Source: Eledone cirrhosa (lineage: Eukaryota). From it: a DNA stretch of 64,000 bases. Shown here one piece after another: positions 25,420 to 37,991 of this stretch. The translations under genes and the position numbers were made by a program. Location: positions 97,402,001-97,466,000 of the forward strand of contig OZ024744.1 in NCBI GenBank assembly GCA_964016885.1, read 5' to 3'. The notes beneath the pieces were generated by a model. It was not told where the DNA came from. It searched no databases and saw only the letters and a list, made by a program, of their open reading frames with translations. The stretch's first letter is position 1; every line of letters starts with the position of its first letter.

Positions 25420-27484
25420 AAAACATAGACCATAGAGGGAATAAACCATACTAACAGCCTAACATGGAGTTCTGACAAGTTCATAACACCCCACCTTAAA
25501 GGATATATTCATGTAATCCAGGAACAAGAAATCTCCACCAAGTACCTACTACTACAAAAAAAGTAACAATAAGTATAGACTGCTAAACAAAGATTAAAAA
25601 TGTTAGCCACGTTATTGCCAACTATGAAAGAAGGACTTCTCGTTATTACATCCTCATGAAGCAATATTTGGTAGCTAGAACGATCTGGAATAGATTAGGG
25701 AAGACGAAATCAAATCAAAAAGGAAGGAATGTGTTGAAACTGGTGGCTCAAAGGGAAACTCCTGGAACCTAAAAATTAAACCAGCCTGATATTTTTGTTT
25801 GAGTCCACATATTTAAACAATGCTCTGTTGTAGAAGTCAGCTACCCACTTGCTATTAATGTGGTAATGTGGCAAGAGAAGGAGAATGTTTACAGACCATT
25901 AATGAGAAGTTTGCAGAGCCAGTATGCAAGAACGATATTCATCTTAATAGCGTCATTATTGGAAGAGGATGTCCTCATCCTCGGGTCACCGATCCACCCG
26001 CCAGCCATCCGCTCCACCATCAGGTCCAGGCTTCAACAGCTCCAGATTCTCACGAGCTGACTGGGCTTGATTGACGGCCACCCAGCTCTCTTTCTGCTGA
26101 GGAACTGCTTCGCCATGCCGAAGCTCCTCTATACACTCCGCAGCGCTCCGTGCTACACCCAAACATCTCTCCTCGCTGACCTCGATACTTGTATCCGAAC
26201 AGCAGCCGAGGAGATATGCAACGTCAAGTTTGACGACATAGAGTGGCAACAGGCCACTTTACCGGTCAGGTATGGCGACCTTGGCCTCCGGTCCCCGATC
26301 TCACTAGCTTTTCCAGCGTATCTTTCGTCGGTAATGTCGTGCCGCGTCCTCGTCAACAGGGTTCTTCAAAACACAACAGAACCCTCTGTGTTCAGAGAAC
26401 GTGAGGCCGCTTGTGGGACGTGGGACCGGCTGGGACTTAGCCCAGTAGACGTCCCTCCTCCTTCTCCCCATGTTGACGTCAAGTCCCCCCCATCGCACTT
26501 GGGATGCCATCCAGTGCAGCCTGGCCTCAGACAGGCTCACGCGCCAGCTCGACCAGCACCGCCTTGCTTGTTTTCGTGCGGCCTCCAAACCCCACAGTGG
26601 TGCCGGGCTCCATGCCCTGCCCTCCTTCTCCACTGGCACGCAGCTAGACAACCATAGCCTGTGAATCGGCGTTTCCCTGAGGCTTGGCCTCCGGATCTGC
26701 CAGCCACACCAATGTCGCTGCGGTTTCACCGTCGACTCTTTCGGCCTCCACCCGCTTTCCTGTCGCCACAGTGCCGGTCGCATTCCACGCCATACTGCCC
26801 TCAACGAGGTCATTAAGCATGGCTTGGACGCTGCAGGCTTCCCTTCCCAACTCGAGCCGGTGGGGCTGGATCAAGGGGACGGCAAAAGGCCAGATGGCAT
26901 GACCATCTTCCCGTTCCACGGTGGCAAACCCCTCGTCTGGGATGCCACTTGCACCGACACTTTCTGCAGCCGCAACCTCGTGCAGTCTGCGACTGACCCA
27001 GGTTCTGCTGCGCGTCGGGCTGAGGGGGCCAAACTCCTCAAATACCGGTCGCTCTCCAACAGGTTTGCGGTCGTACCCCTGGCAGTGGAAACTTCTGGTG
27101 TCCTCGGCCCCAGAGCTACCTCCTTACTCACCACCATAGGCGCTGAGCTGGCCAGCCGCAGGTGTGAGCCCCGCGAGTTGGTTTGGCTTTTCCAGCGCGT
27201 CTCCCTTGCCGTCCTCCGGGTAAACGCCTTCTCCATTCTGTCCGCCGGGGCTGTGGGTAGGCCCCATCGCGTACCGTTGTAGTTGTTGTATACAGATATT
27301 AACTCATCAAGCCCATTGTCCTAATCCAAAAGTTCTTATTTAAAGGTTATATACCATTCTGCTGGGTATTACTGAGCTTAGATTTGTGGAGAAAGAATGT
27401 CTCTCCATAATTCATGAGATACAAATGGTCGCAATATTGTGAACCTTCAAAGGCTGTAAAACATTCTTACGATTCAAAGGATGA
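25420..27484 (+). pseudogene. Degraded R4-like RLE LINE fragment split by a CRE-like insertion (host parts ~25420-25917 and ~27283-27484)
   Basis: Manual translation: KGYIHVIQEQEISTKY; CSVVEVSYPL..EKENVYRPLMRSLQ; resumes LLYTD..IKPIV..CKTFLRFKG*. Confidence 0.6.
25918..27282 (+). pseudogene. CRE-clade non-LTR retrotransposon 3' fragment (RT thumb, CCHC, RLE)
   Basis: ILGSPI, PKLLYTLR, QATLPVRYGDLGLR, CRC..H..SC..RH..LN, RPDG, WDATCTDT, K..KY, PLAVETSG, QRVSLAV; another fragment at 31830-32025 (-). Confidence 0.85.
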
Positions 27485-27672
27485 ACGTTTACACAAGAGA
27501 TAATGACATTTTTTTCTTTACAACTTTGCCACCCGGAAGGTGGCCAATTAAAATTAAACTCAAAATTAAGAGAGAGAACATATACATACGTATGTACGTA
27601 CATACATACATACATACATACATACATACATACATACATACATACATACATACATACATACATACATACATA

Positions 27673-28184
27673 CATGTAGGAGAACCCCTACCGATGCGCT
27701 GAACGAATGTGACTTTTTAGTCCAGCCAGCGACTTGAAAACTCTGGTACAAACACTACACTTGTGGCAATTACTGACACATAGTGCTGGGCCCATGGTAC
27801 CATGTGACGACAAGTGCAGAGAGATCTCCAGATATAAAGCAATGCCTGTGCCATGAAGCTTTTATAGAGAGCAAAGGCACTGCACAAAGCCAGTTCTACT
27901 CTCTTAACCAAGATGATATTTACCAAAAAGAACAAGTCAACATCATTGGATACCATCAGGGTTGCAGGTGTTATATCAGAGTTTTCCTTCTCCTAGAACT
28001 CTGCCTTGCCAAAGGCTAAGGGGTCATCTCTCCCAGTGATTTTGGATGGCCCTTGACTCTTAAGAGCTCCTTTGCCCTTTGACAGGTTTTGTTTTTAGTC
28101 CTGCAGGATGTCCAAAGTCACCCTCCTCACCAAGAAACCTTGGTGGGGTTACCAGTTTAGTCGCCAACGACCCGATCATGGGAC
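27673..28184 (-). mobile_element. Non-autonomous bipartite RTE-related element, copy 3 (3' stem-loop missing), inside (CATA)n
   Basis: Near-identical to 237-745. Confidence 0.85.
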
Positions 28185-28261
28185 ATACATACATACACAC
28201 ATACATACATACATACATACATACATACATACATACATACATACATACATACATACATACA

Positions 28262-28293
<32 letters not shown>

Positions 28294-28783
28294 GAGTCAA
28301 CGCGATCAGTCGCATATTTTGGCGTGGGAGACTATTTATTAAATTTAAGATGAATACTATCTCCGACAGTAATGCCACAACTACAGTCATGTTGAATAAC
28401 TGGTTATTCTTCTAACTATATCTTCTGAAGACACCTGAAGAGGCCTTTTATTAATCAAAAGGCCAGGTGGAAAAGGAGAGGGAAAGAGAGAAAAAAAGAA
28501 AAGAGAAAAGGATAAAGAGGGAAAGGAGGAAGAACAGGGGGGGAAAAGATGAGGAGAGAGGAAGAAGGGGAAAATAGGAAAGGAATAGAAGAAAAAAAGT
28601 GTACAGATCCCATCGTGGGAAGACACAGGTGAAAGAAACATGCAAAAAAGTAACCGTGGAAAAATAGGGAAAATAAGTTGTGGCCAACCTGGAAGACTTT
28701 AGCCTGGGGGTCAGCTACGACTCAGAGCTGGTATAATCGTGCTGCCTCTCGCATAGACAGGAGAAAGTGAGAGAGAGACACAA

Positions 28784-28815
<32 letters not shown>

Positions 28816-29564
28816 GCGGCGATGAATTAGTTTAGCGAGGTTTTTTATATGACGGTAACATAGACAACATAGAAATTAGAATAATATCTAAACATAGGAA
28901 TGACCCAGCAGATAGGCAAATCAGAGAGGCCAGTGAAATAGAAATTAGAAGACCAAAGCTAAACAGAAAGAATGAGTGGAACAACAACAACACCCAAACA
29001 AACAACACTGACCTAAGAGAAGTATAAATAAGTAAATAAAATAAAATAAAATAAAATAAGATAAATAAATACATACACAAGCACAATAACAACAAGCACA
29101 TAAACACACACTAGTCACCCAGCAGACACAACACTATACACACTAGTCACACAGCACACATAACACTATACACACACGCAAACGCATGCGCAAAGAAGAC
29201 AAAATAAAATAAAATAAACAAACAAACAAATAAATAAATAAATAAATATATAGACAGACTGAATAAAAAATGGCGTAGACATACAACACAACAGGAGGAA
29301 CAAAGAATATAACACCACTGACGATATTGCAGCTGTGCAACGAAAGATTTATGTAAATTATGTAAACTATATATATGTGTTTGTGTCTATATTGTATCTG
29401 TATTATTTTTGACCGTTGGTCAGTCAATGGCAACATTGAGGACCGAATAAATTAGATTACCGATATAAAAGACACAGAAGCGAAAAGCGAAAACCAACCA
29501 AACAGTGAGTGTGTTCTGTTATTAATTCTGGCAATATTACGCAAATATGACCCTCCCCAAGTAT

Positions 29565-29570
<6 letters not shown>
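28816..29570 (+). mobile_element. TA-flanked Penelope-type terminal-repeat element with hammerhead-like core at 29313-29355
   Basis: CTGACGA-taTTGCA gctg TGCAAc-GAAA; homologous to 33527-34388. Confidence 0.6.
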
Positions 29571-29618
<48 letters not shown>

Positions 29619-30301
29619 CGAGTTAGACAACGTAAGTTGGCTTGACTTTTAGATTTAAAAAAAATGTAATAAACCTTTGGCAGAAAACTAGTGTATTGTT
29701 TTAAGTGGAGTGCAAAAGAGAAATAAACCTGCCGAGGAGAAGGAAAATGGGCAAACTTCCAAAAGAAACATCTTACTTCGATTCAAATTTAACGTCAGCC
29801 ATTACATCTTCTCCTGCTTCAAATAAATCCAGTTCTGACAGACATACTAATGGTATCGTTAGCTATTCCTATTGCTGGGAATATTCCACAAGTGGTGATA
29901 TCCAGATCTGCACTAGTAAAGGATTTTCCGATCTAAAATACACAGATCTGGGGCTATATAATAGAATATTAAGAATACTAACACATTGGGTCTCGCTGGA
30001 TTAATAATTGTTTCTACTTTTGGCACAAGGCCAGGCCAGCAATTACCCAGTACATTACTGGTACTTTATTATATCGATCCCGTACAGATGAAAGGAAAAG
30101 TTAACCTCGACAGAATTTGAACTCAGACCGTAAAGGGACGTAACTATGCTGGAAATCATGGCGTCCGACCCTCTACCGATACTGCCAATAGCAGTGAGCG
30201 GCCATCATCATGTCAGAACCATGATGGCGACATCTCATATTCATGCAGAATATATGGTGGAACTAAAGAAAGGGAAACTCTCCAATCTAAAATATAGAAC
30301 A

Positions 30302-30788
30302 TTTAGTAATAGGTCTTTTGGCTGTCTTCTTCTGTATTGGTAGCGGAGATTATATCCTTAAAGAAGATAGGGATGTAAGGCTGTGTGTTTATGCTTCATG
30401 GTTGCGGAAAAGATCAGAAGGTATATTTCATAACATAATAAAGATTTATTTTCTTCTTCATATTAATACAAGTACAAGGTGAGAGAAGAGCTACAAACAT
30501 ATCGCATAATCAAGTTGAACGATAAATGTAATTCTGCGCAGTGTTATATATCGAGATTACCCTCGGCTTTAGAGGGCAAGATCAAGAAAATCAGGAAGTG
30601 AGTTATACGGTACTGCTCAGTAGAAGATCCTGAACGTAACTGTGCGAGAATTGATAATTAGGCGCGAAATCGACTGCTGGGCGGAAATCGTTCTTAGTAT
30701 TCCTACGCCACCAACCTTAAGGGCTGGCGACTGACCAAGCACGACCAAATTACTCCGCCGCGATAAAGTAGCACTATTGCTTGCTACA
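30302..30788. mobile_element. Probable solo LTR inserted into a ~150 bp tandem repeat (units near 30205, 30850, 31000)
   Basis: 4-bp TSD AACA (30298-30301, 30789-30792); imperfect short TIR TTTAGTAA/TTGCTACA; removing it restores the repeat. Confidence 0.5.
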
Positions 30789-31532
30789 AACAGAACAATA
30801 AGTATACTAACACAGAGGACCTCTGTATTAATAGGGGATACTCCTGACTAATCATGTCAGAATCATGGTGGTGACATTTCATATTCATGCAGAGTATATG
30901 GTGGAGCTAGAGAAAGGGAAAAATCTCCTATCTAAAATATAGAACAGAACATTAAGTATACTAAGACAGAGGATCTCTGGATTAATAGTGGATGGTCGTG
31001 ATCATGACAGAACCATGATGGCGACATCTCATATTCATGCAGAATATATGGTGGAGCTAGAGAAGGGGAAACACAGTCCACATATTTATAAAAAAAAATG
31101 TATTCAAATTTGAATTGTGAAACAAGCGAATATGTAAAACGTAAATGTTTGTGCTGGACCCCCGTTTCTTCCGACGACGAGTATTCTAGCTGTTTGACCA
31201 ATAGAACAGCCTGCTCGTGAAATGAAATAATTTTGCAAGTGGCTGAGCATTCCACAGACACGTGTACTTTTAATGTAGTTCTCAGGAAGATTCGGCATGT
31301 CAAAGTGTGTAACAAGTCTGGTCCTTTGAATTAGAGGTACAACTTATTTCTTTCTCCCAGTTGAGTATACTTGAATATAGTGTCTCTTGTTCGAGGACCG
31401 AACGTGCCTCCGACCGAGAATCGAATTCACGATGACGTTTCAACGTTGAACGAAAGAATGTACTGTAACCAGTAATCCACGCGCCTTCACAAAATGTAAC
31501 TAGCTACATCAATTCACCAGCCTAAGGTTATT

Positions 31533-31700
31533 TGTGGTGGTGGTGATGGTGGTGGTGGTGGTGGTGGTGGTGGGTGGTGGTGGTGGTGGTGGTGGTGGTG
31601 GTGGTGGTGGTGGTGGTGGTGGTGGCGGTGGTGATGATGGTGGTGGTGGTGGTGGTGGTGGTAGTGGTAGTGATGGTGGTGGTGGTGGTGGTGGTGGTGG
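31533..31700. repeat. (GGT)n microsatellite
   Basis: Direct reading. Confidence 0.95.
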
Positions 31701-32129
31701 AGAAATGTGATTGTAAGAAAGACGAAAGAAAAGAAGAGATGAAATAGGTGAAAGTAAGAACTCTCAATCTTAACTGTAGCACCACTGCCACCAAACGTTA
31801 AACAAAATTGCATGGAAATATGTTTGTGATAGCACTCAATAAGTTTAAGTAAATGGCGGAGAGAAACTGCGTGCGACTATTCAACAGAATTGGTAATATA
31901 ATCGGCTTGTCTCCCCCCACAGACCCGGCGTACAGAATAGAGAAGGCGTTTCCCTGGAGGACGGCAAGGGAGACGCGCTGGAAAAGCCACTCCAACTCCC
32001 CGGGGGCTCACACCTGCGGCTGGCCAACTGATGTGACTGTTACCTATTGTCCAAGATAAAATGTCATAAAATGTCATAAAATAACAGCAGTGTTATTGCA
32101 GAAGACGGAGAAGAATGTCGGAAGAGAAT

Positions 32130-32812
32130 AAATAATTGTTTCTACTTTAGGCACAAGGCCAGCAATTATCCCAGTGCATTACTGGTACTTTATTTTATCG
32201 ACCCCCCCGTAAGGATGAAAGGCAAAGTCAACCTCGGCGGGATTTGAACTCAGATCGTAAAGGGACGTAACTATGCTGGAAAGCATGGCGTCCGACCCTC
32301 TACCGATACTGCCAATCCACCGCCCTCAATATTGTTTCTACGTTAGGCACAAGGCCAGCAATTACCCAGTGCATTACTGGTACTTTATTTTATCGACCCC
32401 CCGTAAGGATGAAAGGCAAAGTTAACCTCGGCGGGATTTGAACTCAGATTGTAAAGGGACGTAACTATGCTGCAAAGCATGGCGTCCGACCCTCTACTGA
32501 TACTGCCAGATACCGATACCGGAAGAGAATAAATAATAAGTGAATATATTATTCGACATAAAGAAACTAGAATATTCATCGCTCAGAACCAAGAATAATG
32601 AATAATCGATTCTGCTTTTGGCACAAGGCCAGCAATTACGCCAGTACATTACTGGTACTTTATTTTATTGACCCCGTAAAGATGAAAGGCAAAGTCAACC
32701 TTGGCGGAATTTTAACTCAGAATGTAAAGGGCCATAATAATAATTGTTTCTACTTTTTGGCACAAGGCCAGCAATTACCCAGTACATTACTGGTACTTTA
32801 TTTTATCGATCC
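32130..32812 (-). mobile_element. Tandem cluster of four tRNA-derived Nin-like SINE copies
   Basis: B-box GAGTTCAAATCC on the minus strand; repeated Nin-like core. Confidence 0.8.
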
Positions 32813-33158
<346 letters not shown>

Positions 33159-33305
33159 ACGCCCACTTATTCCTGTCAGAAGCAACCGTATCCAACTGAT
33201 CCAGCTGGATCCACAAGCGAGACCAGCTAAACTCATGGAGGTTATCGAACCATCTTGCTTGGGGTTGTGCCCATAAAATCTGTCCAACGATTCTTTCCTG
33301 AGATA
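33159..33305 (-). mobile_element. RTE-like 3' fragment with (GAA)n tail; sister copy at 37454-37640 (+) embedded in (GAA)n
   Basis: Reverse-complement similarity to 37454-37590, which reads PRA..RWSDNIHEL. Confidence 0.6.
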
Positions 33306-33307
33306 CT

Positions 33308-33372
<65 letters not shown>

Positions 33373-33491
33373 ATATCAAGGAAAAGCAAATAAAGAAAAA
33401 ATTTTTTTAATAAATTTCAAAAAATTCACTGTACCGTCAGACAATACTTGTATCCCTATGTGTATTATTTTCATGTAGGAACACATACTTT

Positions 33492-33526
<35 letters not shown>

Positions 33527-33533
<7 letters not shown>

Positions 33534-34388
33534 ATATTTGGGGAGGGTCATATTTGCGTAATATTGCCAGAATTAATAACAGAACACACTCACTGTTTGG
33601 TTGGTTTTCGCTTCTCGCTGTCTTTTATATATATATATCTGCGATCTAACTTACTCGGTCCTCAATGTTGCCATTGACTGACCGGCGGTCAAAAATAAAA
33701 TAATACAGATACAATATTGACAAACACATATATATATAGTTTACATAAATCTTTCGTTGCACATCTGCAATATCGTCAGTGGTGTTATATTCATTGACCT
33801 AAGAGAAGTATAAATAAATAAGTAAATTAAATTAAATAAAATAAGATAAATAAATACATACACAAGCACATAAACACACACTAGTCACCCAGCAGACACA
33901 ACACTATACACACTAGTCACACATCACACACGCAAACGCATGCGCAAAGAAGACAAAATAAAATAAGATAAACAAACAAGCAAACAAATAAATAAATATA
34001 TAGACGGACTGAACAAAAAAAAAAAAAAAATGGCGTAGACATACAACACAACAGGAGGAACAATGAATATAACACCACTGACGATGTTGCAGATGTGCAA
34101 CGAAAGATTTATGTAAACTATATATATATGTGTTTGTCTATATTGTATCTGTATTATTTTATTTTTGACCGCCGGTCAGTCAATGGCAACATTGAGGACC
34201 GAGTAAGTTAGATCGCAGATATATATATATAAAAGACAGCGAGAAGCGAAAACCAACCAAACAGTGAGTGTGTTCTGTTATTAATTCTGGCAATATTACG
34301 CAAATATGACCCTCCCCAAATATAACAATATCTGTTTCGACACACGATTTCATATAAAAAACCTCGCAAAACTAATTCATCGCCGCTA
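33527..34388. mobile_element. Fold-back element with ~270 bp inverted arms (33527-33795 / 34060-34330) carrying hammerhead-like cores (33742-33785 -, 34073-34115 +)
   Basis: Arms near-perfectly complementary; CTGACGA-t-GTTGCA gatg TGCAAC-GAAA. Confidence 0.75.
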
Positions 34389-34400
34389 TATATATATAAA

Positions 34401-34736
34401 TTATTCAAAATGTTAACAAATGAAAAATATTCGCATAATCAAAATATATACTTTATTATATATATTTCAAAGGTACTGTGCTGTTTTTTTTTAGTACGTC
34501 CTCATCAGACAAAATATATGATTTGATATATGACATACTGCTACGGTCTTGATTATTCAACTCCCGTATTGGCAGAATTGAATAATCAAGACCGTAGCGG
34601 TATGTCATATATCAAATCATATATTTTGTCTGATGAGGACGTACTGAAAAAAACAGCACAGTACCTTTGAAATATATATAATAAAGTATATATTTTGATT
34701 ATGGGAATATTTTTCATTTGTTAACATTTTAAATAA
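34401..34736. repeat. Near-perfect 160 bp-arm palindrome containing a hammerhead motif (34625-34685 + and its mirror)
   Basis: Loop at 34561-34577; TTTGT-CTGATGA-ggacGTACTG..CAGTAC..-GAAA TATATA TA-ATAAA. Confidence 0.85.
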
Positions 34737-34830
34737 TATTAAAAACTCCAAGAAAACTTACTAATTGAGTGCTTTTAATCTATTGTAAAACTGTATTCGT
34801 TGAGTAATCAACGAACCATATTAATCTTTG

Positions 34831-34880
<50 letters not shown>

Positions 34881-34884
<4 letters not shown>

Positions 34885-35118
34885 AACGAGTAGGACCCCG
34901 ACGGCTGAGCTGAAGCCGTTTCGACGGCTAATTCTGGACTTAAAAAAAAAAAGAATATTTTTTTTAATTTTTTTTTTAGTCCAGAATTAGCCGTCGAAAC
35001 GGCTTCAGCTCAGCCGTCGGGGTCCTACTCGTTCCTATTACCCACTCTACTACCCTAAGTATTGAGTACTTTGGTGCGTTATAGTCCACATGGTTCCTTA
35101 CCATATTTCCTTCGTTAT
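34881..35118. mobile_element. TA-flanked hairpin-plus-tail element; relative at 48339-48505
   Basis: 60 bp inverted arms 34881-34940 / 34978-35038; the shared tail is similar in both copies. Confidence 0.65.
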
Positions 35119-35132
35119 ATATATATATATAT

Positions 35133-37140
35133 AATTATGAATAAAATAACAGGAGGCTGGACTGGTGTAAATCCTTGAAAAGTTTATTATACTATGATCA
35201 TTTCAATGACCGGGTTCCGTATGAATCCGGTGATATCAGCAGGTATTCGAAATATAACAAAGGAATATATAAAAATCCATGGGTCCGAAAATCAGAGACA
35301 GAGAGGACGACTGACCAACTAGCTGTTTTCACCACTGTCAGTCGCCCTCAAGTGATGGCTATTCGGTCTACTAATGACCATCTGGTGAAGGGGCGAAGGC
35401 TTATAGTGTACTACCACCTCACCGTCAGAAAAAAGAGAAGAAAGAAAGAAAGAAAGAAAGAAGAAAAGTCAGCGTAAGGGTCACACTACAGTCAGGCAAG
35501 GAAACTCCGCGAAAAATATTATTCCAAAGAACATATATTTTAACAAAGGCATATATAATGGGTGTCTGTATGGTCAAATGTGTGAACAGAAAATTGGAAC
35601 GTTAACTTATGTTTAGAGTTAAAGGATGAAATTAAATTAAAAGTTTAAAAAATTAAGAGTTAAAAAAATTAGAAAATTAATAGTAAATTAAAGGTTTGTG
35701 TTGCGGGATTTATTTAATGAAACTACAGAGAGAGTCTTATATGAAAAAGTTTAAGTGTATTATTGGGAATCCCTATAAGTTATCAAGGTGGGATATAGAG
35801 TAAAGATTAAAGCCCAGCCAGCACCTCCTAACCACGTGTCAGCCAGTTTCGAGTGGTATCGTCTAGTGAAAGAAATGGAAATTAATTTTTCCGAGTACTC
35901 TAGGAACGTGACTGCCATAGGCTTCGGGTGTGTTAGCTGGAAGTCTACCATCTTCGACAGGCCATCGTCTATACCAAACGAATACTATTAATTCACACAG
36001 GAAGGGTTTATTTACGTGCCAGTAGAGGGAGGCATGATACAGCTAACAGTTATGCCTAAGCCCAGAGTTTATAGGTATAAGTATAATATGGCGGTCAAAA
36101 CAGGCGGCGCGGCGGGGCCCGGGCCAAATCCAACCGTTCCGAATAATTTCATTTACCGAAAGAGGGGAAATTTATTTTTCCAAGTACTCAAGGAAGGCTG
36201 AACTTTCCGAGCGCCTAGCGCACAACCAGGAAAGCCCAATGAAAATAGACTATAATTATTTTTAAGTTCCAGTTAGTCCGGGTTATAAGTAGTGTGGTTC
36301 TTTGGTGGGTAGGGGGCTATGAAAGGTGCATAAAGACCCGAGTAAGGAATATTAAGCAGAAAATCACAAATAAATAAAAGCAGGATACAAAGATACATTA
36401 ATAAAGTAAAAAGTAAAATACATAAATAAATAAAACGCCGTCATAGCTAGGGTAGTGATGTAGTGAGACGGAGGAAATATATAAGAACATATCGGAGGAA
36501 TTAGAGCAAAGGGGAAATACAAAATAGATCAAGTTGCAGTAAGATAATACAAGGTTATACATATAGATATAGAGGATGGAAGAGATGGAATGGTATCAGG
36601 TGGTACCTAGTGTAAGTTCGGGTCCCAGAACTCAGTGAGAATCACAAAAAGTCCTGAAGTATAGAGTAGAGAGTTCAGTCAATACAATACATGTTTAAGT
36701 ATAATACGTAGAATTTTGTCAAAATCCGAATATTCCCGAAAAGGAAGCAGCATTGGATAGGGTGGGCGGTAGACAAAGCACAGAGCAGCCAAAATCCGAA
36801 TGGTAAGTAGATCAGTTAATCCCATGCTGGCAATAGCTGTACACTGGAGTCAGTGCCGCTGTTCAATATTACATCTGAAAGTGCTCAACATTATCGGAGA
36901 ATTATTTATTTAGGTTTGTTGGTTCACTACCGGATAGAATTGGTCATTCCGTATGGTCAATCTTGATGTAATATTATGGAAAGTACTCAACGTAGTGCAG
37001 TTAACCCATCTTCGTTTGTGTAGTTGGTGGTGCGAATACGGAGTTATGATAATTCACATGGAACCGGGTCATTGAAATGATCATAGTATAATAAACTTTT
37101 CAAGGATTTACACAAATCCAGCCTCCTGTTATTTTATTAT
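35133..37140. mobile_element. 2 kb element with inverted hammerhead-bearing termini; interior unassigned
   Basis: 35140-35220 is the reverse complement of 37060-37140; both match 22680-22760. Confidence 0.55.
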
Positions 37141-37169
37141 ATTTAACTCCGTATTCACACCACCAACTA

Positions 37170-37453
37170 CAAGAAGAAGAAGAAGAAGAAGAAGAAGAAG
37201 AAGAAGAAGAAGAAGAAGAAGAAGAAGAAGAAGAAGAAGAAGAAGAAGAAGAAGAAGAAGAAGAAGAAGAAGAAGAAGAAGAAGAAGAAGAAGAAGAAGA
37301 AGAAGAAGAAGAAGAAGAAGAAGAAGAAGAAGAAGAAGAAGAAGAAGAAGAAGAAGAAGAAGAAGAAGAAGAAGAAGAAGAAGAAGAAGAAGAAGAAGAA
37401 GAAGAAGAAGAAGAAGAAGAAGAAGAAGAAGAAGAAGAAGAAGAAGAAGAAGA
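37170..37453. repeat. Long pure (GAA)n tract (~94 units)
   Basis: Direct reading. Confidence 0.98.
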
Positions 37454-37991
37454 ATGTCTCAGGAAAGAATCACTGGACAGATTTTTACGGGCAAAACCCC
37501 GAGCGAGCAAGGTGGTCAGATAACATCCATGAGCTTGGCTGGTCACGATTGGTGATCCAGCTGGATCAGTTGGAGACGGTTGCTTTAGACTGGATCCACT
37601 GGAAGGAGTGTTGGGGACTACTCTTGACCCATGGCCTTCTCAAGAAGAAGAAGAAGAAGAAGAAGAAGAAGAAGAAGAAGAAGAAGAAGAAGAAGGCGGC
37701 GGCGGCTTTGTTCTGATGCATGATAGACGAGAGCCAAGTAAATTTAATAGGAAATAAGTATATTCACTAAATCGCCCAAATTTTATGAACTTTTAACTGT
37801 TTTGGCTTGAGGCAAAAAGCAAAAATTTTTTTAATGTACTCTGGGTCCCAAATAATAAGGGGATGTGAAATAAGCAGAGTGGGAGTTGAAATAAGCAGAG
37901 CTGGGGATAAACGAGAGGATTGGAAAATTGGAGAATCGGTAATTTTTCTAGATTGTCTCTTTTTGTTTCGCTTTTGATACCAGAATTAGTC

